A DNA stretch of 62,912 nt, filler included, from Octopus bimaculoides (GCF_001194135.2; 8 parts of 6 records of this genome joined end to end with filler, not necessarily neighbours in it); one strand, 5' to 3'; counted from the whole stretch's first letter, positions 36,330-51,128 are shown. Numbers and translations: made by a program. Notes: generated by a model not told the origin, from the sequence alone.

Positions 36330-38920
36330 CTCTGTATATGTATGGACGTACAGGTATATAAAATAAAGAATTACAACTCAACCTCATATGCATATATAAA
36401 TGACATTCTTTATTTTCTTTTTTTTCAATGTCGACTATTCAACGTTATAGACTTTTAACTATAGTTTCATACATATATTTAGGTCAAATATTCTCCACTC
36501 ATGTCTTTTTTTGCATGAGTTAGTAATTTTCATTTTCATATTTCCATTCTTCTTTCGTAAACCTTACATGTGATATGTAATTCTGTTTTCAGAAGAAACA
36601 AAATGAATAACAAAATGGATTAATCATTACACAATTCTCATCTGCATTACTTTTTATCACAAATTTTCATTAAATTTCATAATTAATTTTATTTAAAAAA
36701 TTCACAATGAAACGTGTTATTTGTATAGAGACTAGCTTAATTAAAATATAAATGAAAGGTAATCGAAAGTTCAACGAATAGGATTTACCAGAATATCTTC
36801 ATTAATTAATGTTGCAATGGCTTCTCGTATAATAACAGTTGTAATTACTCCTGGAAAGTGTACCTAAATTTAAATATGTTAGTATGAATATCATACATTT
36901 GCATATATGGATGTCGATCTGTTATACCAATGAAAGAACCTCGAGGCCTAATCGGTTTTTCTTGCCTGAAAATCTTGGAGCCAGCAAATTGGAGATAATT
37001 CCACCAAATCAAGAAATTATCATTTATGTTATTTAATATAATCTTCTTCATCCTTATTTTTCAAATACATGCCAATAGCTACTCAGTGATTCTTTTATGC
37101 ATATTACCTTGACCATAAATCTTTCCTTTTTTCATATACCTAAGTGTCTTGTCTACTCAAGATAGGGAGGGCAATTGCTCTACTGATGATGCTTATTGAG
37201 GCAGAAACACGTGTTCTTAGCAGTCCATTGTATGGAGTGAATGAGGCTGTCTTTCCTAATGGGATGTCGATTTGGAAAATTCTTGATTCTTGAGATTATT
37301 TTCCCTTCGCATTTGAAATTTGTAACAAGCGATTGATCTACACTCTCTCGAAACGAAGATAATTTCAATAAATGAAGAATTCATGTTATGTGTTTAATAT
37401 ACTCTAATTCCTCTCCATTCTTCAAATGCACGCCACGGGTCACTCTGAGTTACTACTCATAGCTTATTTTCGTTTCATTTATGCAAATAAAAGCAAACGT
37501 TACCATAGACACCGATTCAAAGGGGAGAACAGCAAAAAAAAAAAAATATATATCGAACACAAATCATAAAAGTAAAAAGTGCTGAATTGCGAACAATTGT
37601 ACAATGAGAAAATGACATTTTAGGCAAAAATCCATAATAAAGAGAACATAGAATGAAGTGAACCTTACGGCTAGTAGATGTATAAAATTATCTTATTATG
37701 TCTAGTTTCGCTTTATCAATTATTAGTGTTTATTACGTTAGAAAAGACTATTTTGCTAGTGTAACAATGGCAAATAGTTATTGATTTATCGATAAATATT
37801 ACTTTGGTTGTAACACTTTATCATCTGATCTCAGTTCTAGAAAAGTTTTCTACATCCTTTACCCATATCAAAGGCAACTCAGAGTTATTCTTCTACTTCC
37901 TCTTGAAGCTGTCGCATCCGAGATGTGTTACACAACATCGCGCCAGGAATTTCTGTCTCCGTTAATTTTTATAGGTCCTCAATTTCCTGTTATGTTTCAC
38001 TCTCTCCCTCTCCCTCACACCTCTCTCTCTTTCTGCCAATAAAATCAACGTATATGAAGTAATGTTCATCCTGTATCAGGGTACGGAATTTTACTACATG
38101 TAACATCTGATACGATCTATAGTTTAGCAAGAGAACAGTAGCTAGGAAAACTTATTCTGTGTTGAGAAACTAAAGTTGACTTGAGTAAAATATTTCTATC
38201 AATATTAGTTTGGTCTTGTACGTACATCTATTCAGGTAGCACTATTTAATCTTCATATTTGCCTATGTCTACATATCTGATTTACATTTTCAAACTTGCT
38301 AGCCAGAAAAATCCTATATATATACGAGAATATATGAGAGGTATATAAATATATAAAGTGCGAAATAGTTTTGTGAATATACCAACCAAAAGTGGGTTTA
38401 CATGGAGATAATTTTCAACGCGTACGAAATAATATCACAGATAGTGTTACAAATTAAATATAACTAAAATTAGTAAAGCATCATTGCATACAATTTAATT
38501 TGATTTTCTGTTTTGTTAGTCCATTATCGAAAATGCTCATTTAGAAGACACAGAAAGCTTTAAAATTTTATTCTAATATTTGTGGAGAAATATCATTTGC
38601 CTTCAGTCATAAAGTCAGTACATAATCTTGATTCTTAAGTTTCCTTTTCTTGAAAAGAGCTCGTATTAGTGAGTGCTCGTATTAGTGAGTGCTCCTATTA
38701 GTGAGTGCGTAAGTACAACATGTTTCTGTGTGTATGTGTGTGCATGTGCATGTGTTGTTGAATAAACTGTCAGGTGAGAAGAAAAATACCTGCCAAGATG
38801 AATTTTATAATATATTTGAATTTACATTCTGCATTGAGAACTCAGTCTGTAACTTGATCCGCTTTTAATAGTAATTCTGTTAGAATAAAGTAACACATAT
38901 TCCCATAATTAGTTTTGATC

Positions 38921-39140
38921 GGCATCAAGCTGCCAGAGTCGTAAACACGCCGGACGAAATGCTTAGCGGCATTTCGTTTGTCTTCGCGTTTTGAGTTCAA
39001 ATGCCGCTGGGATCTACTTTACCCTTCATCCTTTCGGGGTCGATAAAGTAAGAACCAGTTACACACTGGGATCGATTTAATCGACTATCCTCCCCTCCCC
39101 CAAACTTCAGGACTTGTGCCTATAGTAAAAACGATTATTT
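38921..39140 (+). mobile_element. SINE family A
   Basis: Collinear with 17538-17760. Confidence 0.82.
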
Positions 39141-40413
39141 TTGATCGAGAGTTCTTATTTCGCCACGCAAAATTTGTTATGTATATGCATAAAGGAAAAA
39201 GCATTAGCCGTCATGTTCAGGAGCCAGTTACGGAGACTCTTCAGTTTCAGTAACAGGTCCTTGAAAAGTTTTACTTTGGTGGGATTTGATCTCAGAAGGC
39301 AGAAAACGGAGATAGTCCCCACAAGATGCCCTACCCGATGTTCTATGAGTCTAAAAAAAAATCACTTGACAATGATATATATGAAAAATTCTTCCTGTGA
39401 TAATATCTTGAAAGCAGTTACATTTGGTACAATAGATAAATTCAAAATATCGACCTGCTGCTATTGCACTATGGGTTCAAGCATAATAGATGTACCTATA
39501 ACATTGGCAGCGTTATATGGAGTCAAGCATAATAGGTGAGCCTATAACATGGATACAAGGCTACATAAAATATGAGGAAAGAGCAGTCGATTAAAATGAC
39601 CCAAATGACTTTATCGATTCCAGAAGAATGCATAGTAAAGTCAGCTATTGCAGTATTGGAACTCAGAATACATAAAGGCATAACTAAATAAATTATACTC
39701 TATAGGCTATACTAATTAACTACTATCTACGTATTACCAAACAGCAATGGCAATTTGGTCTATGTTGAAATACTCCTCTGAAAATGATGTACCTCACTAC
39801 ACCTTATATGCAAGCTGTTATGATTATGTATCAGCATATTATGACGATTTCTTATATCTTCAGCTATGGTTTCAAGGCATTATTTTCATAAAAAGGTATT
39901 ACATGCTGTAAATGTCGGGGAATATACGAAAAACAAATATTGATTTTTCACAATGAGGCAGTCCGTGAATTTGGGGTTACGTCGACCCGAGCTATGTTTA
40001 AACTCAACATAAAAAAAGTGGTGGTGGTGGTGGTGGTTTTGGTGGTGGGGAAATTAAATACTGTGTAACACTTAGTCCAGGTATATTATTGTCCTTGACA
40101 TTCAAACGACTTTCATACCAGAAATGTTTAAAAAGAAATAACTGAGTATACGTTGATGGTGGAGAACAGTAACAGAATATTTCAAGGAAGTTATATCCTT
40201 CTCACAACACACTCGGATTAACTATGAAAAGCGTTTTTAAAATTAGGCAAGCTCTAGAATACAAGGGTATTAGTAGTGGTCTATATCAGCATAAAATATA
40301 ATGAAACTTCGCAGAATTTAAATTAAAGTTCATTTGTTATGAAATGTGAAATATTTCGATGTTTGAGACGTTTGATTTACTTTATAACAAATATGTTAAA
40401 TAAATAAATAATA

Positions 40414-40803
40414 GGCGCAGGAGCGGCTGTGTGGTAAGTAGCTTGCTTACCAACCAAATGGTTCCGGGTTCAGTCCCACTGTGTGGCACCTTGGCCAAGT
40501 GTCTTCTACTATAGCCCCGGATCGACCAAAGCCTTGTGAGTGGATTTGGTAGACGGAAACTGAAAGAAGCCCGTCGTATATATACGTGTGTGTGTGTGTG
40601 TTTGTGTGTCTGTGTTTTTCCCCCTAGCATTGCTTGATAACCGATGCTGGTGTGCTTATGTCCCCGTCATCTAGCGGTTCGGCAAAAGAGACCGATAGAA
40701 TAAGTACTAGGCTTACAAAGAATAAGTCTTGGGTCGATTTGCTCGACTAAAGGCGTTGCTCCAGCATGGCCGCAGTCAAATGACTGAAACAAGTAAAAGA
40801 GTA
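40414..40803 (+). mobile_element. SINE family B, full length
   Basis: GGCGCAGGAG head through the GAAACAAGTAAAAGAG tail. Confidence 0.9.
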
Positions 40804-41559
40804 ATAATAAAAAATAGAGACTACATCATGATTTCAGAGAGGCGAATGGAAAAATATAGTGTTGATACAAAAATGTGAAATGCTAGGTGTGTAGATAGTG
40901 TGTTCAGTGTGGGAAATTAGTGATTTGGGAAGAAGCAAAGTATGCGGTGGGGAATGTAAAAATTTCTAGCAAGAACAACGATACCAGAAAGAAGAAGATG
41001 CGATGGTGAGGACCAGTTTGAGGGAATCAAATAGAAAGTGATACGACAGGGCAAGCTTGGCGACGGAGAATGAAAAATAACACAGATGCACACGCACAGT
41101 TAGAAGGGGACTCGGGAGAAGTAGTTGGAGGACGGAATGGTGTGTGTAAGGAACATAAATAGCAATCTTTCAAGAGAACAAATTATTGCTGAGAAAAATT
41201 GCTTATATTGGTGTCACTCTGTTATTTAGCTCCATTTCAGGCGTGCTGAGTAGTCATATGATCAAATGGTTCTTAATCATAATCATCCAATTTTTACCGA
41301 TTATTCTAATGAGAACTACATTATCTTATATGACTTTCCTTATTTTATACAGAATTAAATCATGTGATAGACCGTACAGGTGTTCCATCATTGATTTGTT
41401 AAAATGGTGACTTTTACCGAGGCCCATAAGGATGGGAACATGAAAAGGTTTGCAGAAGTCTTGAAATACTTACTAAAGAAGTACAACCTACCAAGGTCAC
41501 ACTTTCTTAGATTAAGAATTACTAATGTCTGCATCCTTTGCAGCTATTGTCGTTATTGT

Positions 41560-41830
41560 GGAGGCACATGCCCTAGCGGTTAGAGCAGCGGACTCGCGGT
41601 CGAGGGATCGCGGGTTCGAACCTTAGATCGGGCAATATGTGTATTTATGAAAGAAAACCCTAAGCTCAACGCGGATTCGGCAGAAGGTAATGGCCAACTT
41701 CTGCTGTCTCTTCCGTCACAACTTTCTCTCACATCTAGCAGTTCACCTGCGACGGACCGGCGTCCCGTCCAGGTGGGGAACCTATACTCCAACGAAACTG
41801 GGAAACCGGAACTTATGAGCCAGGCATTGA
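41560..41830 (+). mobile_element. tRNA-derived SINE
   Basis: GGAGGCACATGCCCTAGCGGTTAGAGC...GGGTTCGAAC head and CGTCCCGTCCAGG...GGAAACCGG core. Confidence 0.72.
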
Positions 41831-42253
41831 TCGAAAAGGAACAAACAACTGCAACAACACTGTCGTTGTTACTAGTTGGTTTGATAAGGCGGCGAGCTGG
41901 CAGAAACGTTATGTAAGTATCTATGAATGTCAAACAGATACACGCGTGTACGATAAATTTTCTCTGTTTCTCGCAAAATCCCGGCATCATGATTTCTGCT
42001 GAACGGTCTGTCTCTGTGAAAGCTGTATGATGTGACATGGACCGCAGCAACGGAAACTACGAGGCGGTGAAACAACAGGTGTTCTAACTGCGTCCGTACG
42101 CCGCGGTACATCCCCACATATTTGAAAAATGCCTTAAGCTCAATTCAGACAGCCACGTGAAGCTGGTACTTGTCATACCTCGGGTCCTTTTGAGCAACAA
42201 AGTTTTTCCAACCAACGCTGTATATATATATATATATATATATGTATACACAC

Positions 42254-42291
<38 letters not shown>

Positions 42292-42974
42292 NNNNNNNNN
42301 NNNNNNNNNNNNNNNNNNNNNNNNNNNNNNNNNNNNNNNNNNNNNNNNNNNNNNNNNNNNNNNNNNNNNNNNATAAACTTAATATATATATATATATATG
42401 CGTGTGTGTGTGTATATGTATGTGTGTGTGTGTGTATACATGTTTATTTATATTTACATGTATATAGTAACGGTACAGGGGTCGATTCCCTGTAACTGCC
42501 TGCCGGCAACTTTTTTCTATCTTCTAAGGGTATTTACCCAATTTCCGAGTCTGTTTTCACACCTCCCCTGCGTTCGAAATTTACTTTATTTCCTTTAGCC
42601 ACATTAACGTAGCCAACAATATTAAAGTGGCCGTAATGAATACTCGAACTGTAATTTTCTAACGGACGTTTTTCCTAGTTACAAAATCAGTGAATGTATG
42701 ACACTATTTTTTATATATTGCAAGCGAGGTAGACTGTTGCTATGCCTACCAACGTTCACCCACCACCGAAGAGATCCACTAGAGACAGAAACTTAGGTGG
42801 CAGGAGTTATCTCCCACTTGCAATAAATATCGGGTACGAGAAGCAAACTGAATAAATCAGCTGGAGAGATTTCCCTGGGGTTAAATGGCAGTATCATCGT
42901 CTCTTAGAGCACAGCCACATTAAAGTGGTCATAAGCAACCCTTACACACACACACACACACACATACATACACG

Positions 42975-43016
<42 letters not shown>

Positions 43017-43049
43017 TGTATGCTTTGTATACGTGTGTGATTGTGTGCT

Positions 43050-45785
43050 TGTTGCTGCCAGGGAAACACCATTGGCTTGTTGACGTCGCAAAAGAGCACG
43101 TCGGACTAAGCAGCAGCAGACATCAAGGGGGCATTCTTGCAGAACCCCAATCCAATGACACAAACTAGTAAAAGGCTAAAAAAACACAGAATTCCTGTAT
43201 GCATTAAACCCCCTCGGTCTCTAAATCTTCGTCGAGTGATTCGCTAAGGAGACTCATTATGACAGGAACATGTCCGTCCCTTTCACTTTATGACTTTAAA
43301 ACTAAAAGGATACACCACTGTGTTCCGTGTGGTTGAATTCAAATTTCCCAATGTGAGATGGCCCAAGGGCCTAATGCTCCCAGAAACGACATGCTGCGAA
43401 GAATCCTAGGTGAATTCTCAGCTCAAACTTAACCTTGCTTCACTCATGAACGAAAATATGCTCCAACAATGCATGGCAAGTAACATATTGGATCTCTGCA
43501 CGACAAACAATATGGATATTATCCATAAAGGGAACGTGACACTGATACTAGGCCTGGATCACAATATGAAAAGCTGACTATGTATAGACCAAAAGATGCT
43601 TCAAACATTTAGACTATAAGAAGCACATGAAATCTCCCCAGTTTCAACTTCCGTAGAACAAACTTGAAAACGATTCAGAAAGAGATCCTCAAACATGTTT
43701 TGTCTCAATGTCTCTCCACATTAGACATTGACATGAATCTTCAACATTTCATGTCGGTAATGCAATCCATAAGCGACAAATCTGTCTCAGAGTAAGGCCA
43801 ACCAGAATGAGTTCCCCAGGGAGAGGAAAATTCCTATGGAAAACTGGAAACCTCCTGACAGATATCTAAAAAGTAGTTAAATGTCCCGTCTGAAAAAAAA
43901 ACTATGATGGAAATTGAGAAAAGTCTGCAACTATCTCATGAAAACAAGAAAGCAGTAATAACCGATTAGATCAGTATCAAAGAAGATGTAATTTTGGCCA
44001 TAGATGAGGTAGGCCTGATCGATTCCTAGCAATCATTCTCAAATTATGAAAATGATCGCTCGCAAAAGCATTGCAGCCTCTCTTCAGGGCTAACTTGGAA
44101 GTGGTAAAATTCCAGGCAAATTGAGGGAGGGAATAATATGCTGTATCCATAAAGGAGGTAGCAAAGTAGATGCTAAAAATTATAGGCATACCACTCTGAC
44201 CTCACACATCATCAAAGTCAGGGAACGAACAGGCCGAAGGAAATTAGCTGTGTTCTTTTAAGAGAATGATTTGCTGACTGGCGTCCAGCATAGTTTTCAT
44301 CCAGACAGATCTGCCTGACACAACGCTTACAACTCTACGATTGATTAAAGAAGCTGCTCAAGAACTCACATGTGGACGTGATATTATATCTCAACATTGC
44401 AAAAGTCGACCTACAGTATGGTAAGTCACAAGCGACCTAATCTCGGCAGAGTCGGAAAATTGGAGAGTAGCTTCACCTTTTAAAACAATAGAAGTCAGGA
44501 AGTGGTGGCCAGTAAAGCCACCTCAAATAAAAGACAAATAGGGAGTAGTGTTCCATGGGACACTGTCTTAGGGCCGCCGTTGTTCATAGTGGACCTCTCA
44601 GAAATGTTTTCAGCTGCTCAGATAAATACCCTTTCTAGCATTGGAGACGATATAAAAGTTTCTCAGAAGACACAAAACGCTAGAGATGCCGCGCACCTAC
44701 AAGAGTTGAACGATATAGACGAGGACGTACCTAAAAGAAATTTAGAATTTTGCAATATTATTTTATTCACTTAGTTTAACGTGTTTACACATTTATTGCC
44801 TTCAAAGTATTCGCCATTTGAAGTAATGCATCGGTCCAGACACGTTTTCCACTTTTCCACTGGTTTTCCACTGTTCGAATCAGTGCAGGAACTCTGCTTT
44901 CGAACTCTGTTCGAATCAGTGCAGGAACTCTGCTTTCGAACTCTGTTCGAATCAGTGCAAGAAGTGATGCTTTCTAATGCCTCCATCGTGTTTTTCTTCA
45001 TCTCTTCCATATCTGCAAACTCCGTAGCACCAGCTTCGGAAAACGCTTCGGATCAGCTTCCTACGGTTCTTTCGCTTCACGACACGCATTCAATTGTGAC
45101 TGCTTTTGATCTTCTCCGAATAAGTGAGGTACACATTTTGCGGCAACATTTTTCATTTGCAATTCCTCGTACGAAAATCGTTGGCAGGAGTTCCACTTCA
45201 CACCAGTGATATCAAGAANNNNNNNNNNNNNNNNNNNNAAGTTCGTCAGTTGTTCGGTGACGGTCCTCCAAGACTAGTTCATGAATTTTCATGATGTTTT
45301 CATTCGTTCGGGAGTTCGACGGTCACCCTGAACGACGTTGGCCTTAAAGCGACAAGTGATCATTCCCAAAGCGTGAAAGCAGCTCGCAAACTTGTGTTTT
45401 GTTCATGGCAGCGGCCTTGTATGCTGTTTCAAGTATGAGAACCGTTTCGACCGCTATTTTCTCCAGGAGAAAATAGAATTTCACGGAAGTATGCTGTTCC
45501 TTTGCTTCCGCCATTGCAAAAGTCGACGAACAGGAGAGAAGCCCCGCACAACAAAGACGCAGCACGTGACAATATGACCCGGAAGGACAATGCCTGTCAG
45601 CAAACTGATATCTGAGGATCGCATCAGGTGGTTCATAGCGGTGGAACCTTGAACTACAACGAGTTTATTCAAACGAGAACGTTACCGGTTACTTTTTGAG
45701 TATCCCCTTGTACAAGTGATATGAGGAAAAATAACATGTAGTTTAATGGTGGAAAATTCCAAGCTCTGCGCTACCATTACATGAA
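43050..45785 (+). mobile_element. Decayed CR1-type LINE ORF2, interrupted by a mariner
   Basis: HKGGSKVDAKNYRHTTLTSHIIKV, SVPWDTVLGPPLF, GDDIKV. Resumes after 45712 with YK*..NNM*FNGGKFQALRY. Confidence 0.8.
44718..45710 (-). mobile_element. Internally deleted mariner transposon
   Basis: EQHTSVKFYFLLEKIAVETVLILETAYK (N-terminus) and WKTCLDRCITSNGEYFEG (C-terminus). TIR CAAGGGGATACTCAAAAAG. TA on both sides (44716-17, 45711-12). Confidence 0.85.
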
Positions 45786-45789
45786 GTTG

Positions 45790-47130
45790 AATGAAATACA
45801 AATAGGATACGGGATTTTTTGTAGAAATTTGTCCAACAAACATTTGAATTTTCTGGGATCCGTTTCCGTTTTGATGCATTTTGGTATGGTATTAAAGAGA
45901 GCTGGACCGTTTGAGGTAAAGTTATTGTGATGTAATGTTGCTATATGTACCGAGTTCGATTTTCGTAGTGCGCTGATAGCACGGGGGCCAAGTCTTGGAT
46001 GGATTTTAAAACTGATGCTAACATCATTTGTGCAATATTGATGGAAAATTTTCCACATTACATAAGTGATGTAGCGATCCCGGCGGCGTTGGAGAGAGTA
46101 GAGATTAATTTTTTTTTAATCGACCCCAATAATCAATGCCTCTCATGCCGTCTACCTTTCTTGCTGTTGACCTCGGGAATGCTTCTACTTTCATAATGAG
46201 TTGCTTCGCATGGGGTGGGGGGCACAGTGGACAACAGTATTCAAGGTGGAGTCGCGCAATAGTACAGTAGAGAAGGATGATGGTGTAGGCATCTCTAAAC
46301 CGGAAAATTCTCAGAATCCAGGAGCACATCTTGTGGGCCAAGTCAACTTTGCTGTTTACGTGAGAACTACAGCTTAGATTGTTATCAGCATTTGCCCCAT
46401 GGTCTCTGGTATTGGTGGATGACACTAGAGAGTCGCCCGAAGGAAGAACATATGGAAATTTCAGAGTTTCTTCTTTTCCAAAGTGGGTAAAATCAAACTT
46501 ATGTTCATTTAAAAGCATATTGTTTTTTTCTCCGCCCATTGGACAATACCAAACAGATCTGACTGAATGCATGTTCCGTCTCTCATGCTGTTTATGGCCT
46601 TCTAGAGTTTGCAATCATCTACAAAGATTTTCAATGTAGAATGTTTGATGGCATCTACTATGTTGCTGATATAAATAATGAAGAGGATTGGGATCAAAAC
46701 ACAGTACCTTATAGAACGCCACTACTGATTTTGGCTCAGCTGGATCGTATTCCCTCAAATACAACATGTTGGGTTCTGTTCGTCAGGAAACACTTTATTC
46801 CCTGCAGCAGCTTTCTACGGACTCGACTCCCATGTTGGAGAGTTACTTCAGTAGAATTTTGTGGTCCACACTATAAAATGCTTTTCTGAAATCAAATTAT
46901 ATGACGTCAGTGTTAGAGCCCGCTCCCAACGCTTTTAAGATGTCATCAAAATGGTGCAGGCAGTCCTTGTCATCACGGAAACCACGCTGGTTGGGGTGTA
47001 GAAGATTGTTGTCTTCGAGGAAGTGAGTTACTCGCGATATCACCACACTCTCAAATAATTTAATGATATGAGAAGTGATTGAAATTGGACGGTAGTTCAC
47101 TGCAAGAGATTTGTTTCCCTTTTTCAAGAC
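45790..47130 (-). mobile_element. Second decayed CR1-type LINE (RT to 3' end)
   Basis: NYRPISITSHIIKLFE, NQRGFR, HLEYCCPL and FNTIPKCI...LDKFLQKIP. Confidence 0.85.
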
Positions 47131-47499
47131 TGGAACGACTAGGAAAGAAAATGATCAGGAATTTAGCCTGAATCATGTGAGTTTGTGCAGAACTCAGCTA
47201 GATGGCGTACAATTTAATGCCGACATATCATTAGGAAAGTGGGAGGGAACTTATCGGCACCATATATATGTATATATGAAGAGTATATATATATATATAT
47301 NNNNNNNNNNTATTTTTTCATGTTCTTGTTTCTCATTTTGTTCAGGTTTTTTATGTCCTGTACCCATATATGCATTTATATATATATATGAAGAGCATAT
47401 ATATATATATATGTATGTATATGCATTCGTATGTACGTGTATATATATATAAATATATATGTATATATATTCACAAATGCTTATACTTGTGTAGGTATG

Positions 47500-47573
<74 letters not shown>

Positions 47574-47728
47574 TACATGCATACACTCACATACATACAT
47601 ACACACATACATGCAGAAATATACATGCTAATATTTATACATATATATGTGTGTATGTGTGTGTGTGTGTGTGTATCTTAAAATTTTAAAGTTGCGGTGA
47701 TACTAGGGCAGCATGCATGCATACATAC

Positions 47729-47761
<33 letters not shown>

Positions 47762-48778
47762 CGTTTATACATTGAAATATGTTTGCATAAACTGTATATN
47801 NNNNNNNNNNNNNNNNNNNNNNNNNNNNNNNNNNNNNNNNNNNNNNNNNNNNNNNNNNNNNNNNNNNNNNNNNNNNNNNNNNNNNNNNNNNNNNNNNNNN
47901 NNNNNNNNNNNNNNNNNNNNNNNNNNNNNNNNNNNNNNNNNNNNNNNNNNNNNNNNNNNNNNNNNNNNNNNNNNNNNNNNNNNNNNNNNNNNNNNNNNNN
48001 NNNNNNNNNNNNNNNNNNNNNNNNNNNNNNNNNNNNNNNNNNNNNNNNNNNNNNNNNNNNNNNNNNNNNNNNNNNNNNNNNNNNNNNNNNNNNNNNNNNN
48101 NNNNNNNNNNNNNNNNNNNNNNNNNNNNNNNNNNNNNNNNNNNNNNNNNNNNNNNNNNNNNNNNNNNNNNNNNNNNNNNNNNNNNNNNNNNNNNNNNNNN
48201 NNNNNNNNNNNNNNNNNNNNNNNNNNNNNNNNNNNNNNNNNNNNNNNNNNNNNNNNNNNNNNNNNNNNNNNNNNNNNNNNNNNNNNNNNNNNNNNNNNNN
48301 NNNNNNNNNNNNNNNNNNNNNNNNNNNNNNNNNNNNNNNNNNNNNNNNNNNNNNNNNNNNNNNNNNNNNNNNNNNNNNNNNNNNNNNNNNNNNNNNNNNN
48401 NNNNNNNNNNTATATATATAATAGATAAGTGGGTAACTAGAAGTCTCGTTTTCACAGATTAATGTGTCTACGCTTATGATTCACGCATCTCTACACACGT
48501 ATAATACACTGAATTACAAGTTCACAACTCTACACAGAATTTTACACATTAGAGAGGAAAATATTTTACAACTCTATCAGTTCTACACTGCACACACGTT
48601 CTTCTTGCCCCACAGGCTTGCATGATTGTAACCGCACATGAACACACACATACAAACACACACGCACACGCACACACACACACCACATCTACATCTTATT
48701 TTAAAACTACTTGCCAATTCGAATGTGCGAATGTTGTCGATGTAACAATGAGCTAAAATGAGTGCATGCATGTATGCG

Positions 48779-48839
<61 letters not shown>

Positions 48840-50591
48840 CACATATATATGGAGAGAGAGAGTGAGAGAGAGATTCACTCGCACACTTACACCCACATAG
48901 AAACAAAACACACACACATGCATATACTTACATATATACATACAAACATACATGCAAACCTACATACATACGTACTCACACGTACAGGCATGCACACTCA
49001 CACACACAAACACACACACAAACACACACACATACACACACAGATATATGTTCGTGCACGTATGTGAATGTGATTGCGTATACTCTTGTATGTATTTTTC
49101 TTCTTTCATGTCAATATATTTGTCAATGTTTCGTATATGCGCTGTATTTTAATTAAGCCAATTTTATACATACATGGATGTTATGTGTGTATTTGTATGT
49201 GTATGTGTGTGCGTGTGTGTGTGTCTGTGAGTGTGTTTGTATGTGGGTGCTCTTATCTATTTAAATATCTAACCAATCTATCTTCCTCAACGCACGCATA
49301 CACAACCACACACAACCACACACACACTCTCTCATCTACGCACTCACGCACATGTATGCCAATGCATGTTTAGAGTAGCGTGGTGGCTTTTTCTATCTAA
49401 TCCCTATTTGGTTCTCAGCATGTGTCAACTAGGTGACAGATTTCAGTATATATCCTTCCCGCCTTTACATTTTACTTTCGAAAAGCTGTAAGAAGCTTGA
49501 ACATGTCTGTATGATTACAGGCCTATCTTGTGTGTGCGCGTATGCATTTGTGTGCGTGTGTGTACGTATTTTGTTTGTAGAATAGAATTTTNNNNNNNNN
49601 NNNNNNNNNNNNNNNNNNNNNNNNNNNNNNNNNNNNNNNNNNNNNNNNNNNNNNNNNNNNNNNNNNNNNNNNNNNNNNNNNNNNNNNNNNNNNNNNNNNN
49701 NNNNNNNNNNNNNNNNNNNNNNNNNNNNNNNNNNNNNNNNNNNNNNNNNNNNNNNNNNNNNNNNNNNNNNNNNNNNNNNNNNNNNNNNNNNNNNNNNNNN
49801 NNNNNNNNNNNNNNNNNNNNNNNNNNNNNNNNNNNNNNNNNNNNNNNNNNNNNNNNNNNNNNNNNNNNNNNNNNNNNNNNNNNNNNNNNNNNNNNNNNNN
49901 NNNNNNNNNNNNNNNNNNNNNNNNNNNNNNNNNNNNNNNNNNNNNNNNNNNNNNNNNNNNNNNNNNNNNNNNNNNNNNNNNNNNNNNNNNNNNNNNNNNN
50001 NNNNNNNNNNNNNNNNNNNNNNNNNNNNNNNNNNNNNNNNNNNNNNNNNNNNNNNNNNNNNNNNNNNNNNNNNNNNNNNNNNNNNNNNNNNNNNNNNNNN
50101 NNNNNNNNNNNNNNNNNNNNNNNNNNNNNNNNNNNNNNNNNNNNNNNNNNNNNNNNNNNNNNNNNNNNNNNNNNNNNNNNNNNNNNNNNNNNNNNNNNNN
50201 NNNNNNNNNNNNNNNNNNNNNNNNNNNNNNNNNNNNNNNNNNNNNNNNNNNNNNNNNNNNNNNNNNNNNNNNNNNNNNNNNNNNNNNNNNNNNNNNNNNN
50301 NNNNNNNNNNNNNNNNNNNNNNNNNNNNNNNNNNNNNNNNNNNNNNNNNNNNNNNNNNNNNNNNNNNNNNNNNNNNNNNNNNNNNNNNNNNNNNNNNNNN
50401 NNNNNNNNNNNNNNNNNNNNNNNNNNNNNNNNNNNNNNNNNNNNNNNNNNNNNNNNNNNNNNNNNNNNNNNNNNNNNNNNNNNNNNNNNNNNNNNNNNNN
50501 NNNNNNNNNNNNNNNNNNNNNNNNNNNNNNNNNNNATATATATGTACACATTATATATATTAGATATTTCTTAATGCATATTTTGTATATA

Positions 50592-50662
<71 letters not shown>

Positions 50663-50894
50663 GTGTCCATTTTGTGTCTACCACTACCGCTTCACAACCG
50701 GTGCTGGTGAATTTATCTCCCCGTGTACTAGCGGTTTGGCAAAAGAGAATTATTGAGTGTGTATCAAGTTTTAAAAAGAAATGAGTCCTGGGGTCGGACA
50801 TTCGACTAAAAATTCTTCAAGGCACTGACCCAACATGGACGCTATCTAATGAATGAAACAATTTAAAGATAGAAGAAAAGCTATATATATTTAT

Positions 50895-50929
<35 letters not shown>

Positions 50930-51020
50930 TATATATTATCAGTATNNNNNNNNNNTATATATATATATATATGTACACATTATATATATTAGATATTTCT
51001 TAATGCATATTTTGTATATA

Positions 51021-51085
<65 letters not shown>

Positions 51086-51128
51086 TTATTCACATATAAG
51101 TGGTTGAATTTGCGTGTATTTGCGTGTG

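Noticed and set aside
38659-38706. 16-bp unit x3 (GCTCGTATTAGTGAGT), and a 50-bp duplication at 28748-28847
   Set aside because: Small slippage duplications with no further structure.
41560-41632. tRNA-like sequence (also at 17538, 32374, 35201, 38921, 40414)
   Set aside because: No complete cloverleaf, and each runs straight into SINE core and tail sequence.
44871-44959. 36-bp repeats of CRISPR-like length
   Set aside because: Head-to-tail with no spacers, inside a mariner ORF in a eukaryotic genome.
50536-51090. Duplicated ~120-bp block plus (ATCT)n at 50536 and 50960
   Set aside because: Both copies begin right after N runs, so this is most likely an assembly redundancy.
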